From contig JAKFBS010000002.1 in NCBI GenBank assembly GCA_036677065.1, positions 128,001-192,000 of the forward strand: a DNA stretch of 64,000 bases. The letters run 5' to 3'. Under the pieces are notes generated by a model, which was given only the letters and a program-made list of their open reading frames with translations, was not told the origin of the DNA and did not search any database. Positions 39,801 through 48,409 of the stretch are shown piece after piece. Each line of letters begins with the position of its first letter. Position 1 is the first letter of the stretch. The position numbers and the translations under genes were made by a program. The DNA is from Bdellovibrio sp. Its GTDB lineage: Bacteria > Bdellovibrionota > Bdellovibrionia > Bdellovibrionales > Bdellovibrionaceae.

Positions 39801-41150
39801 GTTACAGAAAAAATGAGAATAGATAGTACAGGCAATGTTGGTATCGGAACCAGTGCGCCAGCGACTTATTTAGATATAGCCGGTAACGGCGGCGAAACTT
39901 TAATTCTAAGAGATAAGGATACTCTTTTTACTGATAATGCTTTTGCTTTATATATTCGCGGAAAAGATTCAGCGAATAATAATGTTTGGTATGTAGGTGA
40001 AGGTTCGTCTGGAGCAAAAAATGTGTCATTTCTGGCCTACCAAGCAGGGTATCCGTTAACTTTTGGAACGAGCTCGACAGAAAAAATGCGCATCGATGAT
40101 GTCGGTAACGTAGGTATTGGTACGACTGCGCCAAACACTTTATTGCAAGTTGGTCCAACGGGTCCTGCTAGCATAGGTTATTCTACTTTTGCCGGAAGTT
40201 ATTTATCAACTTCTGGGCAAGCGCAGTATGTGGGTAACTGGGCAAGCACTGGTTATTGGGGTATTGGCCCAGCGACAAATGCAATTGATCACACTATTCG
40301 TATTGGCAGAATTGATACGGCCTCAGCGACTTGGAGCGCAACACAAGTTACAAATCTATTGATCGGCGGTAACGTAGGTATTGGCCAAACAACCCCAATT
40401 AATGCTTTAGATATTTTGCGAACTACAGGTGATCTTGGCATGCGTTTGAAAGCCGATGCGGGCGATTCTGATGTGACCATCCAATTACAAAATGACGTGC
40501 AAACCTGGAAAATTGTTAACAAAGCTGGTTTTTCAGATGCATTTGTTGTCGAAGATACTACTGGTGGCAAAACTCCGTTCGCTATTAGAAAAGCGAATGG
40601 TTTTATTGGTATGGGTGGAGTGACTATTCCGGGTTATCAATTAGAAGTATCGGGTACCGTGCAAATCACTTCGGGTTCAGCTTTGCGAATTGGTGCTACA
40701 AATATTTGTACAAGCGCAGGCTGTGTGTCGTCTTCAGATTTACGTTTAAAAGAAAATATTCAACCTTTAGATTTTAGTTTAGAAAAACTTTTATCTTTAA
40801 AGGGCGTACAATACGATTGGAAAAATAAAGCTGTTTATGGTGATCAGCACCAAATCGGGTTTATCGCACAAGAATTAGAAAAAGTTTTTCCTGAAGTTGT
40901 ATATACTGATAAAGAAACAGGTTTGAAAACTGTGTCATACGGTCAGTTGCTGGCTCCGGTGGTTGAGGCCATTAAAGTGTTATTTGGAAAAACCAAAGAC
41001 AACACGCGCGCGATCGCTTCGCTTGAAGAAAAAGATTCGGCCAAAGACAAACAAATCAAAGCTCTTACACTTGAGAACGAGCGTAAAGATAAAGAATTAC
41101 GCGAAATGAAAGAGCGTCTTGATCGTATTGAAAAAGCTTTAGCTCGGTAA
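33828..41150 (+). CDS. Secreted trimeric adhesin fibre with C-terminal peptidase S74 chaperone (MAT-like), 2440 aa
   Basis: Same N-domain as fibre 1 (TYQAKIIKPDG, WQTLPAMSINAVPYAM), GNVGIG repeats, SDLRLKENI, IGFIAQE and terminal coiled coil. Confidence 0.9.
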   Translation: MVHVNYLIVKLLSVCFAIFIACSAFAGPGVTTYQAKIIKPDGLPLEANSVNFKFTILNPVGNCILYSETYSSINMTSTGGLIAFPLGSGVKVYPVSAITFAEVFSNVTPNLSCDAGGPGTYTPGASDTRKVVMQFHDGGGWQTLPAMSINAVPYAMYANEAQKISGLPTCNPGEALSYNGVTFSCEVISGGGAVTSSTVTAALGYTPASSATVDSLISSVASDSANLSSVSATVYSVSTTVTSLQNSVAASFTAMASSQWVSLNGLTSVSQTIAFGTTGAAPNVSSVGSVHTFNFPFASVGTTTAGVISNSDYAIFMNKLEATGSAIISALGYTPANAVSVTTLSSNVATVSAAVSNLSASTAASFSAITNSQWLTSGTTISYSTGDVGVGTSAPVEKLHVNGSAVLGSIPNYTNGGSGLYLANEAGDAFNFFRIDGYANDLAIVASSLTGAASGTSISFRTATAGQGANGSTKMTIDSAGNVGIGALSPVTKLVVSGGVKISMESATCSVSFAGTLRYNAGLVEYCNGTTWSAFGVAGAGISLLNGSSSATQIFATGIAGTNFNISSTNGTHTFNVPLAATASVAAGLLSNADYLTFTNKVSSTSAAIIAALGYEPALNSASGTYAQKANNLSDLTSIASARTNLGLGGFATVSSLDLGSASATGILDEARLPSFANITSGTQYTKVTVDGKGRVTSGAQLTLSDVTTALGYSPASASASSQWITSGTSVFYNTGNVGIGVSNPSSLLTLANSGVTTTFRMSGNVSNSVSTRFQMANDVNHLAQLAHVGSTAANANLIGIANTVNLATSGDAIILAAYNASGTIRFGTGGFANSNERMRIDQDGYVGIGTTTPSARLHLGSGSTSNGPLKFTSGTLVTSPQSGTMEYDGGGFYLTDGAGNRRMIATGSSSGSLDNASIINSTGNMNLVPVGSVIVSSTTASTNSQTGALIVKGGLGVAGNIYSSGTMITSSDIQGASITATNAMITPYIYGSTVSGGSLSLESTTHANKGNITLNTLGGNVGIGTTSPLYPLDISGTSAIRIPAGTTAQRPVSHAGTVRFNSDFKTIEYSDGANWSSVAAEKVVSGNPVGDVLTVNDGYQVRHYDGSVAGGRYVDLPDGATLPAGWYVTIANTSSLTGHGTRITVRTSGADTFGTASATTLALGGIVYNSTYKFIWQGPARKWTSSYISGSTFWQRPDMGLTISAGYASTGSGYSTSIYGSSGVEGTGGMVGLYAGSAGTSTTVAHSGGEVYINAGYSPYGQGGHVNISAGSGGSVSATGGNIVLTPGSGPASAGQIVLAGRVRSSSGLSTGYDSAALGDNTKAEAINAFAIGRYNVGGGTSDNWISTEPLFEIGNGTGDGSRANAMTVLKNGSVGLGISTPTARLQIAAGTSQTAPIKLTAGTLLSAAQSGTIEYDGTELYFTNGTNTRRTIASTGAPGYYDTVNTVANAAGNIALYPNTGAGSVIVSATTASTNSSTGALIVKGGLGVAGNIFSSGTIITSSNIQGASITATNGMITPYVYGSIASGGSLRLDSTTHASKGNILLAPNGGNVGIGIVNPIDKLQIYDGDIRLGSSTDTNSTQGILKFGSAAYPNGYAGIAGIAKGSPDRMELAFSTAYGPAVEAMRISEYGSVGIGTSSPLSILTVTGSRQSATIKNTISTFDSQAFNLDVGAGIGMGGKINVSGTMAHFGLVGARKENNIADNIAGYLVFETRPAGGNLSEKMRINSIGNLGLGTTTPGVLLDLYAAASPTLRIRSTSNDPASGPTIRLVEDLSENGGLIRYNALTNGLDLGVSESGVDNTRISINRTTGNVGIGTTNPLDVVHILGTSSTGLRIDGELSQKLNIIGNIEVHPVLTLPSARIIGPINRSIAMEINGNGPTDRFSVVTDLSNAGSASSEAFVVTNAGKVGIGTSAPVAALQTHSTAGGVFTGLYISNEPAGSGFAPTQISFSRTAIASKVTSSITSDITTSGTFANGYLAFSTRTSESVTEKMRIDSTGNVGIGTSAPATYLDIAGNGGETLILRDKDTLFTDNAFALYIRGKDSANNNVWYVGEGSSGAKNVSFLAYQAGYPLTFGTSSTEKMRIDDVGNVGIGTTAPNTLLQVGPTGPASIGYSTFAGSYLSTSGQAQYVGNWASTGYWGIGPATNAIDHTIRIGRIDTASATWSATQVTNLLIGGNVGIGQTTPINALDILRTTGDLGMRLKADAGDSDVTIQLQNDVQTWKIVNKAGFSDAFVVEDTTGGKTPFAIRKANGFIGMGGVTIPGYQLEVSGTVQITSGSALRIGATNICTSAGCVSSSDLRLKENIQPLDFSLEKLLSLKGVQYDWKNKAVYGDQHQIGFIAQELEKVFPEVVYTDKETGLKTVSYGQLLAPVVEAIKVLFGKTKDNTRAIASLEEKDSAKDKQIKALTLENERKDKELREMKERLDRIEKALAR

Positions 41151-41405
41151 GCGTTTTTTAGCAAAGGCATTTACAAGAGCTAAGACTATTATAGCTCCGA
41201 CTACGGCGCCGATAAAGCCTGCTGTTTCGTTCGGTCCGTAGATTCCAAACGCTTGGCCTAAAATAGACCCTACAAAAGCGCCGACAATGCCTAATATGGT
41301 CGTCATTAGTAAGCCAGTCTTGTCATCGCCGGGTTTTAAAAAACGTGCTACAAGACCCACAACAAAGCCAATAATAACTGTGGCAATGATTCCTTGTTCA
41401 TTCAT
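41139..41405 (-). CDS. GlsB/YeaQ/YmgE (transglycosylase-associated) membrane protein
   Basis: IIGFVVGLVARFLKPG..TTILGIVGAFVG..GAVVGAIIVL, AAGGAG RBS. Confidence 0.9.
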   Translation of the reverse strand: MNEQGIIATVIIGFVVGLVARFLKPGDDKTGLLMTTILGIVGAFVGSILGQAFGIYGPNETAGFIGAVVGAIIVLALVNAFAKKRLPS

Positions 41406-41482
41406 ATTGTTCTCCTTAAAATTTCTTACTAGCCAACGTGCAAATTATTGACCGGGGCAGATTGCGACATTTACCATGAACC

Positions 41483-42316
41483 ATGGTTGATATTGAAGTT
41501 ATTAGCATTCCAACGGCCCAAGAATTTTTAAATCTTTGTGGCGATATGCTTTATCAAAATGAAGCTGAATATAGTTTGATGCTAGGCTTGGCAGAACTTG
41601 GTCCAAAACAAGGACAATATTATATTATAAAAAATAGTTCGGCGATTTCAGGCGCTGCGTTTGTTACGAATGTTAATATTATTATTTCGAATTTATCTGA
41701 TGAATCTGTTTTAGCTCTTGTTGATCAACTTTACTTTGATAAAATAAATTTTCCGGGTGTTGTTGGCCCTGTTTCGCCAACAGTCTTATTTGCTAAAACC
41801 TGGGCAGGAGTGACTGAAAAAAAATCTAAAATTGGAATGCAGCAAAAGATTTATCAACTGAACCGGGTAATAGCTGCAAAGCCGGTTGCTGGCTCGATTT
41901 TGGTGTGTAACATAAAACATCAGGATTTGATCACACAATGGGTTTATGAATTTAGTTTAGAGTCGCTACCGCTGCAAAATAATACTATCGAAGCCGCTCG
42001 CACATTTGCTGTGAATAAAATTGCAAAAGGTGAAGTTTATATTTGGTGTGATCAATCAGGAATTCCCGTAGCGATGAATTCTGTTGGTCGGCCGACTAGA
42101 CAGGGAATCAGCATAAGTGCTGTTTATACACCCAAAAGCTTTCGTAAAAAAGGCTATGCTTCAGCTTTAGTCGCAGCTACAAGCCAGAGCATGTTAGATG
42201 GCGGAAAAAAATTCTGCGTATTGTACACTGATTTAGCGAATCCCACGTCGAATAAAATATATCAAAATATTGGCTACCAAGAAATAGCTACCTCTATACA
42301 GTATATGTTTGAATAG
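41483..42316 (+). CDS. GNAT acetyltransferase (C-terminal GNAT domain)
   Basis: VYTP..FRKKGYAS and LYTDLANPTSNKIYQNIGY motifs. Confidence 0.88.
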   Translation: MVDIEVISIPTAQEFLNLCGDMLYQNEAEYSLMLGLAELGPKQGQYYIIKNSSAISGAAFVTNVNIIISNLSDESVLALVDQLYFDKINFPGVVGPVSPTVLFAKTWAGVTEKKSKIGMQQKIYQLNRVIAAKPVAGSILVCNIKHQDLITQWVYEFSLESLPLQNNTIEAARTFAVNKIAKGEVYIWCDQSGIPVAMNSVGRPTRQGISISAVYTPKSFRKKGYASALVAATSQSMLDGGKKFCVLYTDLANPTSNKIYQNIGYQEIATSIQYMFE

Positions 42317-42361
42317 ATTATTACGCTAGCCAGAGTAGCCAAACAGTGCTACTTAAAAAGC

Positions 42362-43093
42362 ATGTCTATTAATAAGGGTCTAATTTCATTTTTATTTTCA
42401 GTAACTTTGGTGTGCTCAGCGCAAGCCGAAAACGCCGAACCTTCGACGCAAGAAAAAGTCACAGAAGCGGTGCAATCTGGCGTTGAACAAGTTCAAAAAG
42501 CTTTAAGTCATTCACGCTTAATCAGACAAAACTCAGATTATTTCACCACTTTAAATTTTGCCCCGATTGATTTGGTTTTACCCAGTAAGTTTGGCCTAAC
42601 TGCAGGATTTGTCAGCGATGCAGATTTTACCTGGGAGCTTGAATATTTAAAAAGTAGCGTGTCAGTGCCATTTATTATCGAAGATCTTGGCGAAATGACA
42701 GACGAACGTCTTTCGGTTATTCGCCGTAACTATTTCGGAACTGAAACTTTTAATTTAAGTTACGGTTTAAGTTATTATAAATTTAAACTGCATATCGGGA
42801 ATAAATATTTATCATCTGTTGTGGCCAACGCACCTGATGTAGATTTAATCCGTGTCGAATCGTTAGGATTTAACATCGGCATTGGTAACCGCTGGATTTT
42901 TTCAAACCGCTGGATGGTGGGCGTTGATTGGATCTCTTGGGCACAGCCGGTATTAACAACACGTAATAACAATAAGTTTGCAGACGTTGCTACTGATGAA
43001 GATGTTAAAGACACTTCTAAAACACTGGTTAAATTAGTCTCTTGGGTTCCGCGGATAACACTTTTAAAACTACAAGCAGGGTATAGTTTCTAA
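42362..43093 (+). CDS. Exported protein, probable outer-membrane beta-barrel
   Basis: Signal peptide ending AQA, IGIGNRW, and C-terminal beta-signal LQAGYSF. Confidence 0.7.
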   Translation: MSINKGLISFLFSVTLVCSAQAENAEPSTQEKVTEAVQSGVEQVQKALSHSRLIRQNSDYFTTLNFAPIDLVLPSKFGLTAGFVSDADFTWELEYLKSSVSVPFIIEDLGEMTDERLSVIRRNYFGTETFNLSYGLSYYKFKLHIGNKYLSSVVANAPDVDLIRVESLGFNIGIGNRWIFSNRWMVGVDWISWAQPVLTTRNNNKFADVATDEDVKDTSKTLVKLVSWVPRITLLKLQAGYSF

Positions 43094-43620
43094 TGAATTT
43101 TAATATCAATCACAATAATCAACATTTCTTGTTTCGTTTAGCTACTGATAAGGATGTTGCTCAAATCAGAGTATTAGTAAACGAAGCCTACAAAGAACTT
43201 GCCGACCAAGGCTTAAATTACACAGCTTCATACCAAGACGAAGAAGAAACTCGTAAACGCATGAATCAAGGAAGAGCATTTGTTTTAGTGAGCGGTTCTG
43301 AAATCGTAGGCAGTGTTTTATTTTTTGAAAAAAATTATTTCACCGAGAAAAAATCTGCTTATATCGGACAATTTGCGATAACTCCAAAACTAGCACGCCA
43401 AGGGCTTGGTTCGATTATCATGGATTTTTGTGAACAGCTGGCCAACGACGAAAAGTATGAATCTATTCAACTGGATACGGCAAAACCTGCCAAACATCTC
43501 GTTGATTGGTATCAAAGCCGCGGTTATAAAATTGTCGGTGAAAAACACTGGGATGGAAAAACCTACGACTCGTTCATCATGGAAAAAACCTTACGAGCCG
43601 CATTCGCTAAAAAGAAGTAG
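43093..43620 (+). CDS. GNAT acetyltransferase
   Basis: FAITPKLARQGLGS, LDTA and WYQSRGY motifs. Confidence 0.88.
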   Translation: MNFNINHNNQHFLFRLATDKDVAQIRVLVNEAYKELADQGLNYTASYQDEEETRKRMNQGRAFVLVSGSEIVGSVLFFEKNYFTEKKSAYIGQFAITPKLARQGLGSIIMDFCEQLANDEKYESIQLDTAKPAKHLVDWYQSRGYKIVGEKHWDGKTYDSFIMEKTLRAAFAKKK

Positions 43621-45670
43621 GGCAAAGTAAAGCAGCCTTCGGTCCTTTTTCAACACCCGGAACACAAAATACAGCTGTTCCGTCATTTAATGATTTAAAC
43701 TCGACTGCATTTTCGCCTAATGATTTTTTGCTGGCTGCATTTAAAAAATCCACATATTGATTAGCTGTAGGCGCATCCCAATAGGTCGGGCTGATATGGC
43801 TATTTTTAGTCGGAATAATCTGCGACGCCGCCAGCATAAGGTGTCCGTTAGTGAAAGAATAATAATTTTTCACAAATAAACCAAAACGATTCCATAGCGG
43901 AAACTCACCCGAACTGTAGTTTTTGCCACCTAAGAATAATAAATTACCTAAGCTATAGGCTACAAAAGATTTCTGATTAAATTCAATCGGGCGCACATTG
44001 TGCGTATGGTGACCGATAACTAAATCAATGGCGTAACTTTTAATTAAGGCCATTTTAGCTTCGATATTGCGGTTTTCTGAACGTTGACGTTGTTTGCCGT
44101 CTTTAGTTAAAGCCGTATCATCATCAGGCTTTTCGCCATTTTTCGTGTACACCGATAATTCCATACCTTCATGAATAGAAACGATACGTAAATCAGCCGG
44201 AGTATTTTTTAAATTTTCTAAAATGATTTTTAAATCTGCATACTCTGGGCAAGGAACCATGGCTCTTTCGGCTTTGCCATTTTTACACATGCGCACAGAT
44301 AACATTCCGTTCGTATCTTGAGCAGGAGCCCATGAGGTCTCCCAGTGAGGGCGGTCATCGCCTTTCATGCCAATAGCCACAAAAGCAATACGAAGACCGT
44401 TCACTTCCATGATTTGCGGAAGCGTCGTTTCTTGTAGATTGCCAAGGCCTGATAGGTAAACTTGTTTGCCGGCTCGGGATTGAATGTCTTTAAGATGAGC
44501 TACAGTTTCGTCAATACCAGCTTGGTCATAATCATAGGCGTGATTATTTGCTGAAGAGATCATATTAAAACCAACTTGATTCACTAAATACTCAACACCT
44601 TTGGGATGACTTTTTTGTGGATATTTTTTGCCCTCGATAATTGGCAGTTGCACGTTTGTTTTCTCAGAAACAACGCTTTCTAAATTCATAAAATTTAAAT
44701 CATTGCCTGCCGTCATTTTTTTAAGACCGACAGTCATTTGCTCCCAAGTCTGAAATGAACTAAACGTGCTGCCGGTGGCATTTAGTTTATCAGAACCAGG
44801 GCGTGAAAGACTTACGTCTCCGCCCATACCAATCACGATTTCTTGCGTTACTGATTGTGGTTTGCGCTCAGTTAAATAAGTTTCTGGATTTTGCAGGTTT
44901 TCGTAAGTTAAAACACCTTTTTTATATTTTGCATATTCTAGCACTGATAAACGACGGCCGATGTCCTGTGAAATTTTATATATTTCAGATGCGGCTTCAA
45001 CGCCGACGTATCTCCAGTGCCAAGGTTCAAAATTGTATTGTGTGATCGGGTTGGTTTCAACTTTCAAATCTTTTGAATAGCGCGGATAACTCATGGCGAT
45101 TCCATAGTTATGGGCATTGTTTAAAAGCCATTCATACTCTTTACATTTATTCTGTGGGCAGCGCTCTTTAATATCTGGGTAAGATAGAGTAGGGCCAAGG
45201 CTTGGGTAAACTAAATCAAACGTCGCACCTAATTGGTGTTCGCTACGGCCAGGAACAGCACTGACACTTTGAACATAAGCCGTTAGCTCTTCTTCAGTTT
45301 TGAATTTATCTTTAAATTTAGGAAATTTACTGGCGTAAGTTGAACACTGAGAATCAAAACTTCTATAACCTGAATAAATTTTAATAGTCACATCAGAAGC
45401 TTTAGCGGCAGTCGTCATTGCGATAAAAGCCTGAAGCACTTCTGCGCGCAATTTTTCGTTAGAGCCTGACTTGTTCCAAGTAAGATCTTTAGGTACTGAA
45501 ACTAAATCAGTCGGGGCGTAAGAGCGTTTTAATTTATGAGCTTCTTCTTTGCTGATTAAAGCTAAATAATCAGAACCATCTTGTTTGCCGTCATCAATAC
45601 AATATTTAGAGGCGGCGAAGGCATTTAGACTTGTTGATATAAATAACGTTGTTAGTAAAAGTTTTTTCAT
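43607..45670 (-). CDS. Secreted fusion of a VanY/M15B D,D-carboxypeptidase and a CapA/PGA_cap metallophosphoesterase domain
   Basis: N-half: SGYRS..Q, SEHQLGATFD, FEPWHWRYVG. C-half: GDV, NLE, ANNHAYDY, SIHEG.E, IGHHTH, YSLGN. Confidence 0.85.
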   Translation of the reverse strand: MKKLLLTTLFISTSLNAFAASKYCIDDGKQDGSDYLALISKEEAHKLKRSYAPTDLVSVPKDLTWNKSGSNEKLRAEVLQAFIAMTTAAKASDVTIKIYSGYRSFDSQCSTYASKFPKFKDKFKTEEELTAYVQSVSAVPGRSEHQLGATFDLVYPSLGPTLSYPDIKERCPQNKCKEYEWLLNNAHNYGIAMSYPRYSKDLKVETNPITQYNFEPWHWRYVGVEAASEIYKISQDIGRRLSVLEYAKYKKGVLTYENLQNPETYLTERKPQSVTQEIVIGMGGDVSLSRPGSDKLNATGSTFSSFQTWEQMTVGLKKMTAGNDLNFMNLESVVSEKTNVQLPIIEGKKYPQKSHPKGVEYLVNQVGFNMISSANNHAYDYDQAGIDETVAHLKDIQSRAGKQVYLSGLGNLQETTLPQIMEVNGLRIAFVAIGMKGDDRPHWETSWAPAQDTNGMLSVRMCKNGKAERAMVPCPEYADLKIILENLKNTPADLRIVSIHEGMELSVYTKNGEKPDDDTALTKDGKQRQRSENRNIEAKMALIKSYAIDLVIGHHTHNVRPIEFNQKSFVAYSLGNLLFLGGKNYSSGEFPLWNRFGLFVKNYYSFTNGHLMLAASQIIPTKNSHISPTYWDAPTANQYVDFLNAASKKSLGENAVEFKSLNDGTAVFCVPGVEKGPKAALLCPTSF

Positions 45671-45671
45671 G

Positions 45672-46859
45672 TTATTTAACCTTTTCTAATAAGTAAGCTC
45701 TGCGCTCGTCGATTTGTTTTTTACGTTTTAAAAATAAATTTTGAATTTCTGCTTTTGTGTAGGGAGCATTTTTACGGCTAACATCCTGAGACCCCATTTG
45801 CAGAATTTCAGGGTTGGTTAAGTACTCAGAAATTTCGCTATGTAACTGAGTTAACAATTTATCAGTCGTGCTTTGATTTAAGCGGTTAACTAACAGATCA
45901 AACATTGTAAATTTAAATTGCGAATACATATAGACATTGCTCGGAGAAAAAGCGCGGTCTAAACGATCTTCGTAGCTATATAAGATAGAATCTTTATTTT
46001 CTGGTTTGGCTGCTTCGGTTGCATTGGTTGTTACCCCATGCATTGGTTTAAATAAGTCATCAAAATCCCAAGGCACTGCGCGAAAATAGATTTTACCTTG
46101 TTTGTACATATCGCCATCAACATAGAAAAAAATCTCATCCGGAAAATCACCGTTTGTGTAAAGTGAATTCATCGCCATCCAGCGCATGTAAGCTTCGATA
46201 TCCATTTTTTGTTTCAGGCTATTAAAAAGAGTGGCATCCTTTTTTGTAGCTACATCCGTATAAATTGAATCAGCAACAGCTTTAATTTCAGTCACTTGCT
46301 CTGGTGTTAGCTTTTTAGAAATATCAGCATCGTCATGAAATAAACGCGATTTGTAGCCACGGCGTACGACATAAGGGCTGTTCGCTGTTATTGCTGCTTT
46401 TGGTTTTTCAACAACAGCATATAGACCGTTGGTTTTGCCGTTAATTTTTACTTCAACATATTCAGTAGGTAATGGAGTTCCAATATTTAACAATTCGGCA
46501 GTCATAATCCCTAAGCGAGATGAAATATAGCCTGGATCTGCTGACATACTTAATAAGTTGATTTTTTTGGCTTCAATGCGGCCCAGTTGAATTTTTTGCG
46601 TTAGTTTTAATCCGAAGTTTTTACGACGGTAGCCAAGCGAACCTTGGCCACGTGTTTCCATTTCTTCGGCAAGAATCGGAACTTCTGTGTTTAATTTAAA
46701 CTGAGCTTGAGCAAAAATGTATTTTTCTGCATGGCCTTTATAAAGAGCCAGATCATTTGAATTTACAGAAAGTTCAATAACGTTGTAAGCAAAGGCTGAC
46801 GACACAAAAGTAATCTGCGCTAAAGCGATTAAAATGCCTTTTTTAAAACCCTGTGTCAT
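45672..46859 (-). CDS. Secreted CotH-family kinase
   Basis: RGQGS...RKNF, EVKING...GLY.VVE and PWDFD motifs. GAGGAG RBS before the ATG at 46859. Confidence 0.8.
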   Translation of the reverse strand: MTQGFKKGILIALAQITFVSSAFAYNVIELSVNSNDLALYKGHAEKYIFAQAQFKLNTEVPILAEEMETRGQGSLGYRRKNFGLKLTQKIQLGRIEAKKINLLSMSADPGYISSRLGIMTAELLNIGTPLPTEYVEVKINGKTNGLYAVVEKPKAAITANSPYVVRRGYKSRLFHDDADISKKLTPEQVTEIKAVADSIYTDVATKKDATLFNSLKQKMDIEAYMRWMAMNSLYTNGDFPDEIFFYVDGDMYKQGKIYFRAVPWDFDDLFKPMHGVTTNATEAAKPENKDSILYSYEDRLDRAFSPSNVYMYSQFKFTMFDLLVNRLNQSTTDKLLTQLHSEISEYLTNPEILQMGSQDVSRKNAPYTKAEIQNLFLKRKKQIDERRAYLLEKVK

Positions 46860-46992
46860 TGTGTTACTCCTCAAGAAAAGTTCCTCAAGGATTACAAGTG
46901 CATAGGCTGTTCCGTTTAATGCGCATTCAGCTTACGAATAGCTATGTCAAATTAGGACAGAGCTGTTAAAGGTCATCATAGCTGTTAGCTTT

Positions 46993-47022
46993 TTGACAGC
47001 TGTCTCATTTTGAGATTATGCT
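46993..47022 (+). promoter_or_regulatory. Sigma70 promoter of lysC with a palindrome (GTCTCATTTTGAGA) in the spacer
   Basis: TTGACA-N18-TATGCT. Confidence 0.55.
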
Positions 47023-47050
47023 AAAACCCTGTTTAAAAAGTGGAGTTTTT

Positions 47051-48409
47051 ATGTCTTTAGTTGTTTCAAAATTCGGTGGCACTTCGATGGGTAATGCAGA
47101 ATGCATGTTGCGTTCAGCAGACGTTTCGGTGCAGCAGAACTCTTATCTTATCTGTGTGTCTGCAACTTCAGGTTCAACCAATCAACTCATCGCTTTAGGC
47201 CAGACTGCAGAAAAAGGCCAATCAGACCAAGTGCAAAAGTTGGCTTCAGAGCTTATCGCCAAACACCAATACATCGCTAAAGACTTAGGTTTACCGCAAG
47301 ATCACGCCCCACTTTCAGTGTTATTTGAAGAAATATTATCTATCGCTAAAGGTATGCAATTATTAAAAGACTGTTCGCCGCGCGCTTTAGATATTTTATT
47401 AAGCCTAGGTGAACGTACGTCGTCAGCATTGTTTGCGCAGGCGATGAAAACAGCCTTAGCTAAAGCCGGCGTAAAAAAAGAAGTTATTTTATTTGATGCC
47501 CGTGAAGTGATAGCGACAGATGACCAATTCGGTAAAGCACGCCCGCAAATTGCAAAAATTTATGAATTAGCCCAAAAAGAAATTCTTAATAAATACCCGC
47601 AAGAAAAATACGTGATCGTAACTCAAGGTTATATTGGTAAAAGTTTATCAGGGCATTCAACAACACTAGGTCGCGGTGGCAGTGATTATTCAGCAGCGTT
47701 ATTCGCTGAAGGCTTAGATGCAACGACTTTAGAAATTTGGACAGATGTGACGGGGATTGCAACGACTGATCCCCGCATCTGTAAAGAAGCTAAATTTATT
47801 GATGAAATCTCATTTAAAGAAGCTTCAGAGATGGCGATCTTTGGCGCCAAAGTTTTACATCCGGCGACTGTAGAGCCGGCAATGCGAAAAAATATTCCAG
47901 TATTCGTAGGTTCAAGTTTTGATCCGCAGAAAAAAGGCACTTGGGTTCGTAAAGAAGTAAAACAAGCTCCTTTGATGCGTGCACTTGCTTTAAGAAAAAA
48001 TCAAAGTTTAGTCACCTTATCAACGCCAGAGATGCTACAAACGCATGGTTTCCTGTTTAAAATTTTTAAAGTCTTCAACGATCATTCAGTTTCGATTGAT
48101 GCGATCACAACCTCTGAGATTTCAGTTTCGGTGACGATTGATGGTGAGATCCTTGCTGATTCAAAACTGGTGCAGGATTTAAGACAATTTGCCGAAGTGC
48201 AGATCGAATGTGGTTATAGTTTAGTATCCCTGATCGGGAATAACATTAATCACACGGCAGGCCTTGCGAAAAAAATCTTCACAGCTATTGAAGATATCAA
48301 CGTCAGAATGATTTGCTTAGGAGCCAGTAAACACAACTTTTGTTTCTTGGTTGATGGCACTCAGGGTGATAAAGCGATTCAGAAATTACATAACGAATTC
48401 ATTCAGTAA
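47051..48409 (+). CDS. lysC: Aspartate kinase (monofunctional, LysC/AK-III-like, two ACT domains)
   Basis: SKFGGTS, TLGRGGSDYSA, IWTDV.G..TTDPR, GAKVLHP and ITTSEISVS. Confidence 0.95.
   Translation: MSLVVSKFGGTSMGNAECMLRSADVSVQQNSYLICVSATSGSTNQLIALGQTAEKGQSDQVQKLASELIAKHQYIAKDLGLPQDHAPLSVLFEEILSIAKGMQLLKDCSPRALDILLSLGERTSSALFAQAMKTALAKAGVKKEVILFDAREVIATDDQFGKARPQIAKIYELAQKEILNKYPQEKYVIVTQGYIGKSLSGHSTTLGRGGSDYSAALFAEGLDATTLEIWTDVTGIATTDPRICKEAKFIDEISFKEASEMAIFGAKVLHPATVEPAMRKNIPVFVGSSFDPQKKGTWVRKEVKQAPLMRALALRKNQSLVTLSTPEMLQTHGFLFKIFKVFNDHSVSIDAITTSEISVSVTIDGEILADSKLVQDLRQFAEVQIECGYSLVSLIGNNINHTAGLAKKIFTAIEDINVRMICLGASKHNFCFLVDGTQGDKAIQKLHNEFIQ

Noticed and set aside
23539..41150. Prophage tail-fibre region
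   Set aside because: Both fibres have Sec signal peptides and host-type promoters, and there are no capsid, terminase, baseplate or integrase genes nearby.
23539..41150. Diversity-generating retroelement (TR/VR) acting on the fibres
   Set aside because: No reverse transcriptase in the window. Differences between the repeats are not adenine-specific, and all copies are coding.
43607..46859. Vancomycin-resistance, capsule or sporulation locus (VanY, CapA, CotH names)
   Set aside because: No vanHAX/RS, capBC or sporulation genes. These are widespread domain families.
46915..47050. Lysine riboswitch upstream of lysC
   Set aside because: The predicted promoter ends about 28 nt from the start codon, leaving no room for a lysine aptamer.
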